NCBI GenBank assembly: GCA_964547775.1
Contig: CAZJOZ010000004.1
Location: forward strand, 4,286 to 68,285
Direction: 5' to 3'
Source: an uncultured Leucobacter sp.
GTDB taxonomy: Bacteria > Actinomycetota > Actinomycetes > Actinomycetales > Microbacteriaceae
Length of the DNA: 64,000 bases
Each line of letters starts with the position of its first letter. Positions within the stretch are counted from its first letter, which is position 1. Position numbers and translations under genes: made by a program. Below, piece by piece: positions 11,743 to 23,214 of this stretch. The notes beneath the pieces were generated by a model. That model searched no databases. It saw only the letters and a program-made list of their open reading frames with translations, and had not been told where the DNA came from.

Positions 11743-12200
11743 CGATTCAGCTCACCGGCCAGGAACGCGATCACCAGGTCCCGCTGCAACCCAAACATTT
11801 CTGCTTCCTCGCTCGGAGTTGCATGATCAAATCCAAGCAAGTGCAACAGGCCGTGCGTGAGCAACACCTGCATTTCCATCGCCGTATCGTGGCCCGCAGC
11901 GGCTGCTTGCGTCTCGGCCACCTGCGGACAAATCACAATGTCACCGAGTAACCCCGCAGGGGTGACCGAGTCAGGCCGCCCAGGCCGAAGTTCATCCATC
12001 GGAAAGCTGAGCACATCAGTCGGGCCCGGCTCATTCATCCACTCCACGTGGAGCTGCTCCATCGCAGCTTCGTCGACCAATGAAATACCCACCTCAGTCT
12101 GAGGATGCACATGCAAGGCGTCAAGCACGAATGCCGCCAACGCCTGCAGCGACTGCTCATCGATGTCCATCCCGGACTCATTGTTTACTTCAATGCTCAC
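11739..12200 (-). CDS. ybeY: rRNA maturation RNase YbeY
   Basis: PTDVLSFPMDE, LGDIVICP, HGLLHLLGFDH zinc motif. Confidence 0.97.
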   Translation of the reverse strand: MSIEVNNESGMDIDEQSLQALAAFVLDALHVHPQTEVGISLVDEAAMEQLHVEWMNEPGPTDVLSFPMDELRPGRPDSVTPAGLLGDIVICPQVAETQAAAAGHDTAMEMQVLLTHGLLHLLGFDHATPSEEAEMFGLQRDLVIAFLAGELNR

Positions 12201-13237
12201 GACGACTCTTTCTGTGTGTCCCGACCGCGTGTCCCTGCCGCACGCTGCTCATCAAATGCGGTGTACGCATCAACAATTCGTCCCACCAAACTGTGGCGCA
12301 CAATGTCATCGGTCGTAAGTTCCGGGAAGGCGATATCTTCCACGCCCCGCAAGATCCGGTTGACAATTCGAAGACCACTGGATGCGAGCGGCAAATCAAC
12401 CTGGGTGATGTCTCCGGTGACCACCATCTTGCTGCGATACCCGAGCCTGGTCAAAAACATTTTCATTTGCTCAGGGGTGGTATTTTGCGCCTCATCGAGC
12501 ACGACAAATGACTCGTTCAGCGTTCGGCCGCGCATATACGCAAGAGGAGCGACCTCAATGGTGCCGCTTGCCAAGAGCTTGGGCACCGCCTCTGGTTCCA
12601 TCATCGATCCAACCGCGTCAAAGAGCGGACGCAAATAGGGGTCGATCTTGTCTTCAAGGGTTCCCGGCAAATACCCGAGACGCTCGCCTGCTTCAACTGC
12701 TGGCCGAGTCAGAATGATCTTCGCTACCTCGCGTCGATGCAGTGCTTGCACTGCTTTCGCCATCGCCAGGTAGGTTTTGCCGGTACCCGCCGGTCCGATA
12801 CCAAAGGTAATCGTGTTCGCGTCGATCGCCTCGACGTATTGCCGCTGGCCACGCGTTTGGGGCCGGATCGCGTGCCCGCGCACCGTAAGAATCGGCTCGC
12901 TCAGCATCTGCGCTGCGCTCGGGGTTTCTCCCCGCTCCACCATCCTCGCAACTTCACTCACCTCGCGCTCGGAAACGTGACCGTTCGCCCGAGCGACTCG
13001 GAGCACCTCGGTTACGACCGCTTCTGCGGCGTGCACCTTCGATGCTTCGCCTTTGAGCGTCAGTACGTGATCGCGCGCGTGAAATTCGACTCCCGGGTGT
13101 TGCCGTTCAAGGTCAGCAAGCAAGCGGTCCCGATGCCCGAGAAACTGCGCAAGATCAACCCCGGTCAACAGCACTGTGCGCTGCAACGATTCCTCCCCGG
13201 GTGAGGAAGGTGTGCGTTGATCGCTCGGGTCTGGCAC
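12197..13237 (-). CDS. phoH: PhoH family ATPase
   Basis: GPAGTGKTYLA, LTRPAVEAGE, LDEAQN, GDITQVDLP. Confidence 0.95.
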   Translation of the reverse strand: MPDPSDQRTPSSPGEESLQRTVLLTGVDLAQFLGHRDRLLADLERQHPGVEFHARDHVLTLKGEASKVHAAEAVVTEVLRVARANGHVSEREVSEVARMVERGETPSAAQMLSEPILTVRGHAIRPQTRGQRQYVEAIDANTITFGIGPAGTGKTYLAMAKAVQALHRREVAKIILTRPAVEAGERLGYLPGTLEDKIDPYLRPLFDAVGSMMEPEAVPKLLASGTIEVAPLAYMRGRTLNESFVVLDEAQNTTPEQMKMFLTRLGYRSKMVVTGDITQVDLPLASSGLRIVNRILRGVEDIAFPELTTDDIVRHSLVGRIVDAYTAFDEQRAAGTRGRDTQKESS

Positions 13238-13578
13238 TAGAGAGAACTTTCCGTCAGCCCGCCAGCAAGGACATGTGCATGCACATGAAACACCGTTTGA
13301 CCCGCAGAGGCACCATTGTTGAAAACCAGGCGAAAATTGCCGTCTGCGTGCTCGACGGCAAGTTGCTTTGCAACCGCCACCATTTCTGCGAGGAGCTCGG
13401 GGTCATTCGACGCCAACTCAGTCACATCGACATATTCGGTCGTCTTGGGAATGACCAAAATATGCACGGGTGCCTGGGGCGCGATATCAGGAAATGCAAG
13501 CACACGCTCTGTCTCTGCAAGCTTTTCTACAGGAATCTCGCCGGATACGATCTTGCTGAACACCGTCTCTTCTGCCAT
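13237..13578 (-). CDS. HIT domain nucleotide-binding protein
   Basis: AGQTVFHVHAHV histidine triad; PQAPVHILVIPK. Confidence 0.93.
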   Translation of the reverse strand: MAEETVFSKIVSGEIPVEKLAETERVLAFPDIAPQAPVHILVIPKTTEYVDVTELASNDPELLAEMVAVAKQLAVEHADGNFRLVFNNGASAGQTVFHVHAHVLAGGLTESSL

Positions 13579-13591
13579 GTGCCCAGTCTAC

Positions 13592-14359
13592 TCACCAGCG
13601 TCCCAGACCAACGTTGAGCACGGTCAAACCCGCCGCTCCTGCCGATGAAGTACGCAGCACCAGTGAGCCAAGCGAGGCGACGGTGGCGCCCGCATCCCTC
13701 AACGAAGCCAACTCCGATTCATCGATTCCACCTTCTGGACCAACAACGACGACAACTTGACGGCTCTTCGCCAGCCAACTCTCCCGCGCGAGTGCGCTCA
13801 GTCGATGCTCCCCACTGGGGTGGAGAACGATTACCGCATGCCCCTCAGTCTTCGCGAGGTTGCACAGGGATGCGGTGGAGAGAAGGTCACCCACCGACGG
13901 CATCCAAGTGCGGAGAGACTGTTTGGACGCTTCTCGGGCGATTCTTCGCCACTTGAGAACCCCCTTGGCAACCTTGTCGCTGCTGTTCCACCGAGACACC
14001 GACCGATGAGCTGCCCACGGATGAATGACATCAGCACCCAGTTCCGTCGCCTGCTCGACTGCGCGTTCATCGCGGTCCCCTTTCGCTAACGCTTGCACGA
14101 GGACAAGCTGTTGCGCAGGCCTTGGTTCCATGGTGATTTCTGTGAGAGAGACCTCGAAGCGGTCTTTCGCCGCAAAGATCACCTCGCCCCTCACGATGAG
14201 GCCATGACCATTCCCGACGAGAGTCTGTTCACCAACCCGCAGCCGGCTGACCTGCACCGCATGTCGCGCTTCTTCGCCGGTGACAGCGATGCGCCCACCC
14301 ACAACGCAGTCATCCGCGGTGAGCGTCTCGTCGTAATAGAGATTCGCCATGATCGTCAC
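13592..14359 (-). CDS. rsmE: 16S rRNA m3U1498 methyltransferase RsmE
   Basis: LVQALAKGDR..ATELG, VGPEGG, VLRTSSAG. Start may be ATG 14350. Confidence 0.95.
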   Translation of the reverse strand: MTIMANLYYDETLTADDCVVGGRIAVTGEEARHAVQVSRLRVGEQTLVGNGHGLIVRGEVIFAAKDRFEVSLTEITMEPRPAQQLVLVQALAKGDRDERAVEQATELGADVIHPWAAHRSVSRWNSSDKVAKGVLKWRRIAREASKQSLRTWMPSVGDLLSTASLCNLAKTEGHAVIVLHPSGEHRLSALARESWLAKSRQVVVVVGPEGGIDESELASLRDAGATVASLGSLVLRTSSAGAAGLTVLNVGLGRW

Positions 14360-14423
14360 TCAATGCGAGTGTGTCGTGCGAATCCCACGGCCCGCATTGT
14401 GGGATGGATGAGGGAGGCGAGCA

Positions 14424-15524
14424 TTAGCCAGCACGGAAGAACCGATCACGAATCTTGCCGAAGAATCCCTGTTGGAACTCTCCGAGCACGGGCGGACCGT
14501 CTTTTCGCAGGGCAGCTAACTGCCTCACGAGTTCCTTCTCGCGACCAGAGACTTTCGTCGGCGTGACCACCTGCAACGCGATTTTCAAGTCCCCGCGATT
14601 TGTGGAGTGCAATCCCTGAATGCCACGACCACGGATCGTGACAACATCACCAGATTGTGCGCCAGGAGGAACCTCAAGAGTGACCGTGCCATCAAGCGCA
14701 GGCACCTCGGTTTCGGTACCGAGAATGGCATCGGTCATGCTGACCTGCGCAGTTGCGAGAAGGTCATTCCCGTCCCGGCTGAAGACGTCATGGTGCATCA
14801 CTCGGAACTCGATAAACAGGTCACCGTTGGGGCCACCGGCCGGTCCCACTTCACCACCGCCGCGCATCTGCATGCGCGTTCCGGTATCAATACCCGACGG
14901 CACATCAATGGTCATAGAGCGACGCTCGCGCACTCGGCCCTTGCCACCGCATTCAATGCAGGGATGTTCAATAACGGTGCCGTAACCTCCACAGTTTCCA
15001 CAGGGATGCGTGGTGACGACGTTCCCGAAGAGCGACCGAACTTGACGCTGCACCTGTCCCTGCCCACCGCAGTGGTCACAGGTCACCGGTGTCGTACCGG
15101 GCTGACAGCACGAACCGTTACACGCGGTGCATAAGACCGCAGTGTTGACGGTGATATCTCGCTGCACCCCAAAAATCACATCCGAGAGTTCAACGTCGAC
15201 GCGTATCATCGCGTCTTCGCCACGCTCCGTGCGGGAACGTGGGCCGCGGCTCCCACCACCGAATCCGGCGCCGAAGAAGGTTTCGAAGATATCCCCAAAG
15301 CCACCCATTCCACCGGATTGGTCGCCGCCAAGGTCATATCGTTGACGTTCCTGAGGGTCACTCAACACGTCGTAGGCATGGGTAACACTCTTAAAGCGCT
15401 CCGCAGCCTCCTCACTGGGATTCACATCTGGATGGAGTTCCCTCGCAAGTCGGCGATAGGCTTTCTTGATCTCATCAGGCGTCGCGTTCTGGTCTACCCC
15501 GAGCGTCTCGTAGTGATTTGCCAC
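14424..15524 (-). CDS. dnaJ: Chaperone DnaJ (DnaJ2 type)
   Basis: J domain with HPD, four CxxCxGxG zinc-finger repeats, C-terminal domain. Confidence 0.97.
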   Translation of the reverse strand: MANHYETLGVDQNATPDEIKKAYRRLARELHPDVNPSEEAAERFKSVTHAYDVLSDPQERQRYDLGGDQSGGMGGFGDIFETFFGAGFGGGSRGPRSRTERGEDAMIRVDVELSDVIFGVQRDITVNTAVLCTACNGSCCQPGTTPVTCDHCGGQGQVQRQVRSLFGNVVTTHPCGNCGGYGTVIEHPCIECGGKGRVRERRSMTIDVPSGIDTGTRMQMRGGGEVGPAGGPNGDLFIEFRVMHHDVFSRDGNDLLATAQVSMTDAILGTETEVPALDGTVTLEVPPGAQSGDVVTIRGRGIQGLHSTNRGDLKIALQVVTPTKVSGREKELVRQLAALRKDGPPVLGEFQQGFFGKIRDRFFRAG

Positions 15525-15586
15525 GAATTGCTGCCTTTCATCGAAATTTCTTCATCGTTCTTCACGCTGACTCCTGCAGCGAAACC

Positions 15587-16633
15587 TTACGCCTCACCCA
15601 GCATGTTGCTGAGATAGCGTGCAACCGCACGAACTGCGGCAATATTCGAGGCATAGTCCATGCGGAGCGGTCCAAGCACACCCACACCAGATGAGGAACT
15701 CCCCTCATTTTCGTATCGCGTGGCAATCACCGACGCATCGGTAAGTCCATACGGTTCGTTCTCTCGGCCGATTGATGCGGTCACGTCACGACCGTCACGC
15801 CACAACTCGTTGAACAGCCGCAACAGGGTAACCTGTTCCTCGATCGCTTCCAATACTGCCGGAAGTGCCTCTGCGAATTCTCTGGGTCTTGAGAGATTCG
15901 CGGCTCCTGCAACCGCGATCTTCTCGCTCCGATTCGCCTGCAACTGTGAGAGCACCACATTGAGAATCTGCTGGACGAGCGCCTGCTCTCGAGGATCTGA
16001 CCAGTCGCTCATGCTCGCAGCGAGCTGTTGGGTTGCAGTAACGGCGGCCTCGAGGTCTTGCCCAACCACGGCTCCGGCAATTCGTTCACGGACGCCATGG
16101 ACCCAGGCTTCGGTCACGCGAGCCGCAGGCAATGACGCAATCTGCTGCTCGACCACTCCGGTGCCCAAAATGAGTACGCACAACACCCGATCATCCGCTA
16201 CGGCTACTAAGTCGATATGCCGCACCTGTATCCGGCGAAGTGACGGGTATTGCACCACGGCAACCTGATTCGTCAGTTGAGATAAGAGACGGACGGTGCG
16301 AGCCAAGGCATCGTCAAGATCTCGCGATTCACCGAGGAATCGTTCTATCGCGTTCCGCTGCGCACCGCTGAGCGGACGAACACTCGAAAGGGTATCGACA
16401 TACAGCCGGTATCCCTTATCAGTGGGAATGCGACCTGAAGAAGTATGGGGAGCAGTAATGAGTTCCTCATCCTCAAGCAACGACATGTCATTTCGGATGG
16501 TTGCTGCTGACACTCCAAAGCTGTGTCGCTCGACAATGGTCTTACTTCCCACTGGTTCGTTGGTCGACACGTAGTCTCCAACTATTGCATGGAGAACTGC
16601 GAGTCCGCGTTCGCTGACCCGATCCTCAGACAC
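15587..16633 (-). CDS. hrcA: Heat-inducible transcription repressor HrcA
   Basis: SAATIRNDM, PHTSSGRIPTDKGYR, GVLGPLRMDY. Confidence 0.97.
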   Translation of the reverse strand: MSEDRVSERGLAVLHAIVGDYVSTNEPVGSKTIVERHSFGVSAATIRNDMSLLEDEELITAPHTSSGRIPTDKGYRLYVDTLSSVRPLSGAQRNAIERFLGESRDLDDALARTVRLLSQLTNQVAVVQYPSLRRIQVRHIDLVAVADDRVLCVLILGTGVVEQQIASLPAARVTEAWVHGVRERIAGAVVGQDLEAAVTATQQLAASMSDWSDPREQALVQQILNVVLSQLQANRSEKIAVAGAANLSRPREFAEALPAVLEAIEEQVTLLRLFNELWRDGRDVTASIGRENEPYGLTDASVIATRYENEGSSSSGVGVLGPLRMDYASNIAAVRAVARYLSNMLGEA

Positions 16634-16648
16634 GGCACCCCCTCAGTT

Positions 16649-16675
16649 CTGGCACTCTCACAGCTAGAGTGCCAG
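16649..16675. promoter_or_regulatory. CIRCE element (HrcA operator)
   Basis: CTGGCACTC-N9-GAGTGCCAG, a perfect 9-bp inverted repeat matching the CIRCE geometry (TTAGCACTC-N9-GAGTGCTAA), 16 nt upstream of hrcA. Confidence 0.92.
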
Positions 16676-16676
16676 T

Positions 16677-17918
16677 CTACCGTAGTAATCGATGCACGAC
16701 AGTGTCGGCAAGTAAACGTCCCTGAAGTGTGGGCACCACCCGCGGCTCCTGTCCTGGGCGCATCAGAGCGCGAGGGCCATCGATGAGGCCGTCTGCGATG
16801 AGCCCCGCAACGGATTCACGTTCGCGTTCGGTAAGCACGTCAAGCGGCAATCCTTCCGCCAATCTGCTCTCGAGTAGCACTCGCTCAATGCGTCGGGTAT
16901 TGTCGTCGAGCAATTCACGTTCGAGCGCGGGTGAATTACCCGCGAGAATACGGGACGCGTAGGCCCGAGGATGCTTCACATTCCACCAGCGCACACCGCC
17001 AACATGGCTGTGTGCGCCGGGCCCTGCGCCCCACCAGTCTGCACCCCGCCAATATGCAAGGTTGTGCCGAGATCTCGTATCGTGTGATCTCGACCAGTTG
17101 CTGATCTCGTACCAGTGATAGCCCTCGCTGGTAAGCACTCGATCAACCAACGCATACATCTCCGCGTGAAGATCGTCGTCGGGAGCGTCCACCACTCCCC
17201 TCCGTATCTGCGCAGCCAGCCGCGTGCCGGGTTCCACGATAAGTGCATACGCAGAAAGATGATCTGGCTCACAGGCGAGTGCTGCGTCGATCGACCGTTG
17301 CCACTGCTCCAGAGTTTCCCCCGGTGTCCCATAGATGAGGTCGAGGCTCACCTGCAGGCCCTCAGCCTTCGCCCACTCCACTACCTGCGGGACCCGTTCA
17401 GGAGTGTGCGTGCGTTCGAGTGTGGCGAGTACTGATGGCACAGCGGACTGCATGCCAATGCTCACCCGTGTCACACCACCTTCTCTCAGCACACGCAGGT
17501 ACTCCCGATCCACCGAGTCAGGATTCGCTTCCGTCGTCACTTCAGCGCCCTCCGTGAGCCCCCATAACCTGCGCACCGATGCAAGCATCTCGACGAGATC
17601 CCTTGCCGGCAGGAGTGTCGGCGTGCCACCGCCAAAGAACACCGTGGAAGCTCGCCGCTGTGGAAGTCCCGCCTCATGAAGTACGCGCGCTCCAAGCTCG
17701 AGTTCACGGATTGCTTGGCTCGCGAAATCTGCCCGGCTCGCCCCTTCTCCCAATTCCTCTGCCGTGTACGTGTTGAAATCACAGTACCCGCACCGTACCC
17801 GGCAGTAGGGGACGTGGAGATAGACTCCGAAGTCCCTTTCTTCAGCGCCGACGGCTGCTGACACCGGCAGCGAACCACTCAGCGGAGCTGGTTCACCGGC
17901 TGGAAATGTACTCGGCAA
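16677..17918 (-). CDS. hemW: Radical SAM heme chaperone HemW
   Basis: HVPYCRVRCGYCDFN, FFGGGTPT, YEISNW; conserved position upstream of hrcA. Confidence 0.94.
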   Translation of the reverse strand: MPSTFPAGEPAPLSGSLPVSAAVGAEERDFGVYLHVPYCRVRCGYCDFNTYTAEELGEGASRADFASQAIRELELGARVLHEAGLPQRRASTVFFGGGTPTLLPARDLVEMLASVRRLWGLTEGAEVTTEANPDSVDREYLRVLREGGVTRVSIGMQSAVPSVLATLERTHTPERVPQVVEWAKAEGLQVSLDLIYGTPGETLEQWQRSIDAALACEPDHLSAYALIVEPGTRLAAQIRRGVVDAPDDDLHAEMYALVDRVLTSEGYHWYEISNWSRSHDTRSRHNLAYWRGADWWGAGPGAHSHVGGVRWWNVKHPRAYASRILAGNSPALERELLDDNTRRIERVLLESRLAEGLPLDVLTERERESVAGLIADGLIDGPRALMRPGQEPRVVPTLQGRLLADTVVHRLLR

Positions 17919-17921
17919 GGC

Positions 17922-18599
17922 CTACTCTGTTTCTCCCTTGCGCTGAGAAGCGACACCGGGTGCAAGACACTCAATCTGTTGAATCACGGTGCGCTCGGCG
18001 AGGCGGATCGCTGCTTTCCGACGCAGACCGAAGATTCCTGATTCCGGGGCCCAGTAAAAACCTCGAGCGATCGCCCACACGGTATCGTCGGCACGATGCT
18101 CAACGTAATACGCGGTTTCACCCACAACTCCAGCGTCGTCTGCGGTACCAAGCGCGAAGCCTCCTCTACGAGGCTCGTCGAGCACAAACACCACGCGAAC
18201 GTTTCGAACGACTCCGCGGCCCGGCCAATGTAATACCGCTGTGGTGCCAGCGGTCAGAAACGGTTCCCCGTCGCTCCCGTAGCGCACCTCAAGCTCGGGA
18301 GCCGGCTCAGGAACCCCTGACCTGCTGTACGTAATCCCTGAATAGTGTTCGTGATCGGACTGATCGACGTCGCGCACCTCAATGCCTGCGGCACGCTGCG
18401 CTCCCCAAGTCATGAGCATGCTTGAAGCAGTGAGGAATCGTTCGACTCCGCTCCCAAGCTTTCGCTCGTGCTCAAACGCTGTGCTCCCCTCTGGTGGGAA
18501 TCGCATGAGATCTGGACTCGATGACGCGCCAACCGCACCGTAGACGGCACCCTTATCGATGTGTGTTGAACGGCGATGTACCTCAGGCTGGTCACTCAC
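17922..18599 (-). CDS. DUF1990-family protein
   Basis: [22 protein letters not shown] pattern; position between lepA and hemW. Confidence 0.75.
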   Translation of the reverse strand: MSDQPEVHRRSTHIDKGAVYGAVGASSSPDLMRFPPEGSTAFEHERKLGSGVERFLTASSMLMTWGAQRAAGIEVRDVDQSDHEHYSGITYSRSGVPEPAPELEVRYGSDGEPFLTAGTTAVLHWPGRGVVRNVRVVFVLDEPRRGGFALGTADDAGVVGETAYYVEHRADDTVWAIARGFYWAPESGIFGLRRKAAIRLAERTVIQQIECLAPGVASQRKGETE

Positions 18600-20446
18600 T
18601 TTTTCTGATCCTTGCCCTCAACATCACCGGACAGTGCTGCGATAAAGGCTTCCTGTGGCACCTCCACACGGCCAACCATCTTCATGCGCTTTTTGCCCTC
18701 TTTTTGCTTCTCCAGCAGCTTTCGTTTCCGGCTAATGTCGCCGCCGTAACACTTTGCGAGCACGTCCTTACGAATCGCCCGAATGGTCTCTCGAGCGATC
18801 ACTCGCGATCCAATTGCCGCTTGGATCGGCACCTCAAATTGCTGTCTCGGGATCAGCTTACGCAAACGCTCGGTCATAAGCGTTCCGTAGTGATACGCGC
18901 TATCACGGTGAACAATCGCGCTAAACGCATCGACTTTGTCACCCTGAAGCAAGATATCGACCTTGACGAGGTCTGCTTCCTGATCGCCCATTGGCTCATA
19001 GTCAAGGCTTGCGTAGCCCTGGGTGCGACTCTTCAAATGATCGAAGAAATCAAAGACGATCTCACCAAGCGGCATCGCATACCGTAGCTCCACTCGCTCG
19101 CCGAGATATTCCATACCGAGAAGGCGACCGCGACGACTCTGGCAGAGTTCCATAATGGTCCCTACGTAGTCTTTTGGCGCAAGGATCGCGACGCGCACCA
19201 TGGGTTCGCGCACACTCGCGATTTTTCCCTCGGGGTACTCACTCGGGTTCGTGACCGTGACAACCGTGCCATCTTCCTTGGTCACCTCGTACACCACGCT
19301 CGGGGCTGTCGCGATCAGATCAAGATCAAACTCGCGCCTGAGCCTCTCACTGATAATTTCGAGGTGAAGCAGACCAAGGAAGCCACAACGAAAACCGAAT
19401 CCAAGAGCAACTGACGTTTCTGGCTCGTACTGCAGCGCAGCATCGCTCAATTTGAGTTTGTCGAGCGCTTCACGGAGCACGGGGTAGTCACTGCCATCGA
19501 TCGGGTACAACCCTGAAAAGACCATCGGTTTCGGATCCGTGTAGCCGGGTAACGCCGCATCAGCTGGGTTCAGCTTGCTGGTGACGGTGTCGCCAACCTT
19601 TGACTGGCGAACATCCTTCACTCCGGTGATCAGGTAACCGACTTCGCCAACCGCTAACCCCTCGGTCGGAGTAGGACCGGGTGACGACACACCGATCTCG
19701 AGCGCCTCATGCTCCGCTTTCGTGGACATCATCAAGATTTTCTCGCGAGGCGTCAGCTTACCGTCCACCACACGCACATAGGTGACAACGCCGCGATAGG
19801 GGTCATACACCGAGTCAAAAATCATGGCACGTGCGGGCGCCTGCGCATCTCCAACCGGCGCAGGAATACGGTGTACGACGCGGTCGAGGAGCTCCTCAAC
19901 GCCCATTCCCGTCTTCCCGGACACTTTCAAAATGTCATCTGGATCGCCACCGATGAGATCGGCGATTTCTCGAGACACTCGCTCCGGGTCGGCAGCAGGC
20001 AGGTCGATCTTGTTGAGAACGGGAATAATCTCCAGATCGTGCTCCATTGCGAGATACAGGTTTGCGAGGGTTTGGGCCTCGATCCCCTGCGCTGCATCGA
20101 CCAGCAAGATCGCACCTTCACAGGCGGCGAGAGAACGTGAAACCTCATAGCTGAAGTCGACGTGGCCCGGCGTATCGATCATATTGAGCGCATATGAAGA
20201 ACCGTCAACATCCCAGTGCATACGCACGGCCTGGGACTTGATCGTAATGCCCCGCTCGCGTTCGATGTCCATGTTGTCAAGGTATTGAGCCCGCATATCT
20301 CGATCAGCAACGGTGCCGGTGATCTGCAGCATACGATCCGCCAGGGTTGATTTCCCGTGGTCAATGTGGGCAATGATGCAGAAATTGCGGATCTGCCCCG
20401 GGTCAGTTGCTGCCGGGGCTGGTGGATTCACGCTTCGAGGGGACAT
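18596..20446 (-). CDS. lepA: Translation elongation factor 4 (LepA)
   Basis: [56 protein letters not shown]. Confidence 0.98.
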   Translation of the reverse strand: MSPRSVNPPAPAATDPGQIRNFCIIAHIDHGKSTLADRMLQITGTVADRDMRAQYLDNMDIERERGITIKSQAVRMHWDVDGSSYALNMIDTPGHVDFSYEVSRSLAACEGAILLVDAAQGIEAQTLANLYLAMEHDLEIIPVLNKIDLPAADPERVSREIADLIGGDPDDILKVSGKTGMGVEELLDRVVHRIPAPVGDAQAPARAMIFDSVYDPYRGVVTYVRVVDGKLTPREKILMMSTKAEHEALEIGVSSPGPTPTEGLAVGEVGYLITGVKDVRQSKVGDTVTSKLNPADAALPGYTDPKPMVFSGLYPIDGSDYPVLREALDKLKLSDAALQYEPETSVALGFGFRCGFLGLLHLEIISERLRREFDLDLIATAPSVVYEVTKEDGTVVTVTNPSEYPEGKIASVREPMVRVAILAPKDYVGTIMELCQSRRGRLLGMEYLGERVELRYAMPLGEIVFDFFDHLKSRTQGYASLDYEPMGDQEADLVKVDILLQGDKVDAFSAIVHRDSAYHYGTLMTERLRKLIPRQQFEVPIQAAIGSRVIARETIRAIRKDVLAKCYGGDISRKRKLLEKQKEGKKRMKMVGRVEVPQEAFIAALSGDVEGKDQKK

Positions 20447-20494
20447 ATCTGCCTATTCTCTCACTGTCTCATCTCAGGGAACTCGTCATCACGC

Positions 20495-20527
20495 GAAAAC
20501 GCCCCCGGTCTCGCCGGGGGCGTTTTC
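20495..20527. terminator. Intrinsic terminator after rpsT
   Basis: GAAAACGCCCCCGG / CCGGGGGCGTTTTC, 14-bp perfect inverted repeat 16 nt past the rpsT stop. Confidence 0.85.
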
Positions 20528-20543
20528 ATATCAGTCGAAGGCT

Positions 20544-20804
20544 TTAGAGTGCCGCGAACTTGCGCGCAAGCTTAGACTTACGATTCGCTGCCTGGTTCTT
20601 GTGAATAACGCCCTTCGAAACCGCTTTATCAAGCTTCTTCGTTGCGAGCTGCACCTTCGGTGCCGCTGCAGCCTTGTCACCAGCGGCGATTGCCTCACGT
20701 GCATGACGAATTACGGTGCGCAATTCGCTCTTGTACGCACGGTTGCGCTCGGTTGCCTTCTGGTTGGTCTTGATGCGCTTGATCTGCGACTTAATATTTG
20801 CCAC
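20544..20804 (-). CDS. rpsT: 30S ribosomal protein S20
   Basis: [14 protein letters not shown]...[14 protein letters not shown]. Confidence 0.98.
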   Translation of the reverse strand: MANIKSQIKRIKTNQKATERNRAYKSELRTVIRHAREAIAAGDKAAAAPKVQLATKKLDKAVSKGVIHKNQAANRKSKLARKFAAL

Positions 20805-20964
20805 GAGTGTGCGGTCCTTACGTCATAACGTCATGTGGATGTTCAGTCGGTGAGAGAGGGCACCTTCTGAGGGTGTGGATCACTCCACACGCAAGCCAAG
20901 GATTAAGCCTACCAGAACTCCTGCATTCCTGCTCGCACAGTGACGCGAGTTCAACGCCGTTGAT

Positions 20965-21432
20965 CTATAGCCTACGAAGACTCAACGGCTCGTCTGTCCA
21001 CGCTTCGACCACGTCACGTTCCGAGGCCGTCAACTTCTTGGGTCGTAGCGTGTGGTAGTCGACGATCACCACGTTGGAAATTGCGCGGGCGACCACCCGC
21101 CGAGCGGTTGACGCGCCGTCAACAATCTCACTGTGCAATTCGAGGCTCGAACCGCCCACTTTTCCAACCCACATTTCAACGACGACCGCAGAGGGGCTGT
21201 ACTCTAACACTCCTACGAACTCGATTCGTTGAGAGGCCAGGAGCATCTTATGCGGGTCTTCATTGTTGCCGTGCAACAGCGTCTCCATGCCTGTCGGCGT
21301 GTGTGCTGCGTCGGACCCAAAAATGCGCACCCGAGCTTCTTCAAGATATCGAGCGAACGCGACATTGTTGATGTGGCCATATTCATCTTGGTCACCCCAT
21401 CGGAGGTGGATGTCGACCCGCACCCGTCCCAC
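20965..21432 (-). CDS. Acyl-CoA thioesterase (hot-dog fold)
   Basis: LRWGDQDEYGHINNVAFARYLEEAR 4HBT-type motif. Confidence 0.88.
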   Translation of the reverse strand: MGRVRVDIHLRWGDQDEYGHINNVAFARYLEEARVRIFGSDAAHTPTGMETLLHGNNEDPHKMLLASQRIEFVGVLEYSPSAVVVEMWVGKVGGSSLELHSEIVDGASTARRVVARAISNVVIVDYHTLRPKKLTASERDVVEAWTDEPLSLRRL

Positions 21433-21442
21433 AGTTGGCCGT

Positions 21443-23122
21443 CTAGTCTCTCGTGAGCTTGCGGTAGGTCACACGTGACGGCTTTGCCGCCTCAGGGCCG
21501 AGCCGCTCGATCTTGTTCGCTTCGTATGCCTCGAAGTTACCCTCGAACCAATACCAGTTCGCAGGGTTCTCTTCGGTGCCTTCATACGCAAGAATATGGG
21601 TTGCGATACGGTCAAGGAACCACCGATCGTGGGTAATCACCACAGCGCAGCCTGGGAACTCGAGCAGGGCATTTTCCAGTGACTGCAGCGTCTCAACGTC
21701 GAGGTCGTTCGTTGGTTCGTCGAGCAGCAACAGATTGCCACCCTGCTTCAGGGTAAGAGCGAGATTGAGTCGGTTACGTTCGCCACCCGACAGCACCCCT
21801 GCTTTCTTCTGCTGATCGGGCCCCTTGAAGCCAAACTTCGATACGTACGCTCGTGAAGGAATCTCAGTCTTCCCGACCGTGATGATGTCGAGACCGTCAC
21901 TCACCACCTCCCAGAGTGTTTTCTCTGGATCGATGCCACCACGAGACTGGTCAACATAGCTGATCTTCACGGTTTCGCCCACCTTGAGCTCTCCACCGTC
22001 GAGGGGCTCAAGGCCAACAATGGTTTTGAACAGGGTGGTTTTGCCAACACCGTTCGGGCCGATCACACCCACAATGCCGTTCGGTGGAAGGCTGAATGAC
22101 AGTCCGTCGATGAGCGTGCGCCCGTCGAAACCCTTTTGCAGGTTCTTCGCTTCGATCACCACATTGCCGAGTCGGGGTCCGGCTGGAATCTGGATCTCTT
22201 CGAAGTCCAGCTTTCGTGTCCGCTCTGCCTCCGCAGCCATCTCCTCATACCGAGCCAGACGAGCCTTTGATTTCGCTTGACGCCCCTTGGTGTTCGAACG
22301 GACCCAGTCCAACTCGTCCTTGAGGCGCTTCGCAAGTTTGGCGTCTTTCTTACCCTGAATCTCGAGCCGCTCAGCCTTCTTCTCAAGGTAGGTCGAATAA
22401 TTTCCCTCGTAGCCAATCAATCGGCCGCGGTCAACTTCAGCGATCCATTCGGCCACGTTATCGAGGAAGTATCGATCGTGGGTAATTGCAATTACCGCGC
22501 CAGGATACTTCTGGAGGTGCTGCTCCAGCCAAAGCACGCTCTCGGCATCGAGGTGGTTTGTCGGCTCATCAAGCAGGAGGAGGTCTGGTTTCTGCAACAA
22601 CAGGCGCGCAAGAGCTACCCGTCGCTTCTCACCGCCCGACAGATGCGCCACTTTCGCATCACCCGGCGGAGTACGGAGAGCATCCATTGCCTGTTCCAGC
22701 TGATTTTCTAAGTCCCAACCGTCAGCTGCATCGATCTCCTCTTGCAAGGTGCCCATCTCGGCCAACAGTGCGTCAAAATCAGCATCTGGCTCCGCCATAA
22801 GCGCGGAAATCTCATTGAAGCGGTCGACCTTGGCCTTGATCTCAACACCCTCTTCAATGTTTTCAAGCACGGTCTTCGACTCGTCAAGTTCTGGCTCCTG
22901 CATCAGGATGCCGACTGTGTAGCCGGGTGAGAGGGTCGCTTCACCGTTCGACGGAGTATCAAGGCCCGCCATAATCTTCAAGATCGTCGACTTGCCGGCG
23001 CCGTTCGGTCCGACCATACCGATCTTCGCGCCCGGCAGGAATGCCATGGTCACATCGTCGAGAATTACTTTTTCGCCGACCGCTTTCCGCGCGCGAACCA
23101 TTTGGTAAATGTATTCAGCCAT
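21443..23122 (-). CDS. ettA: Energy-dependent translational throttle protein EttA (ABC-F)
   Basis: Two ABC domains (GPNGAGKST, GPNGVGKTT; LSGGE twice); typical MAEYIY start at 23122. Confidence 0.96.
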   Translation of the reverse strand: MAEYIYQMVRARKAVGEKVILDDVTMAFLPGAKIGMVGPNGAGKSTILKIMAGLDTPSNGEATLSPGYTVGILMQEPELDESKTVLENIEEGVEIKAKVDRFNEISALMAEPDADFDALLAEMGTLQEEIDAADGWDLENQLEQAMDALRTPPGDAKVAHLSGGEKRRVALARLLLQKPDLLLLDEPTNHLDAESVLWLEQHLQKYPGAVIAITHDRYFLDNVAEWIAEVDRGRLIGYEGNYSTYLEKKAERLEIQGKKDAKLAKRLKDELDWVRSNTKGRQAKSKARLARYEEMAAEAERTRKLDFEEIQIPAGPRLGNVVIEAKNLQKGFDGRTLIDGLSFSLPPNGIVGVIGPNGVGKTTLFKTIVGLEPLDGGELKVGETVKISYVDQSRGGIDPEKTLWEVVSDGLDIITVGKTEIPSRAYVSKFGFKGPDQQKKAGVLSGGERNRLNLALTLKQGGNLLLLDEPTNDLDVETLQSLENALLEFPGCAVVITHDRWFLDRIATHILAYEGTEENPANWYWFEGNFEAYEANKIERLGPEAAKPSRVTYRKLTRD

Positions 23123-23214
23123 ATCACTGTCTAAGGTATCAGGCTTCACCTCTCAGCGCGCAGACCCGATCCGCATCAACTTACGTCGCAAAGTCAGAAG
23201 GTCCACTCGAACAT

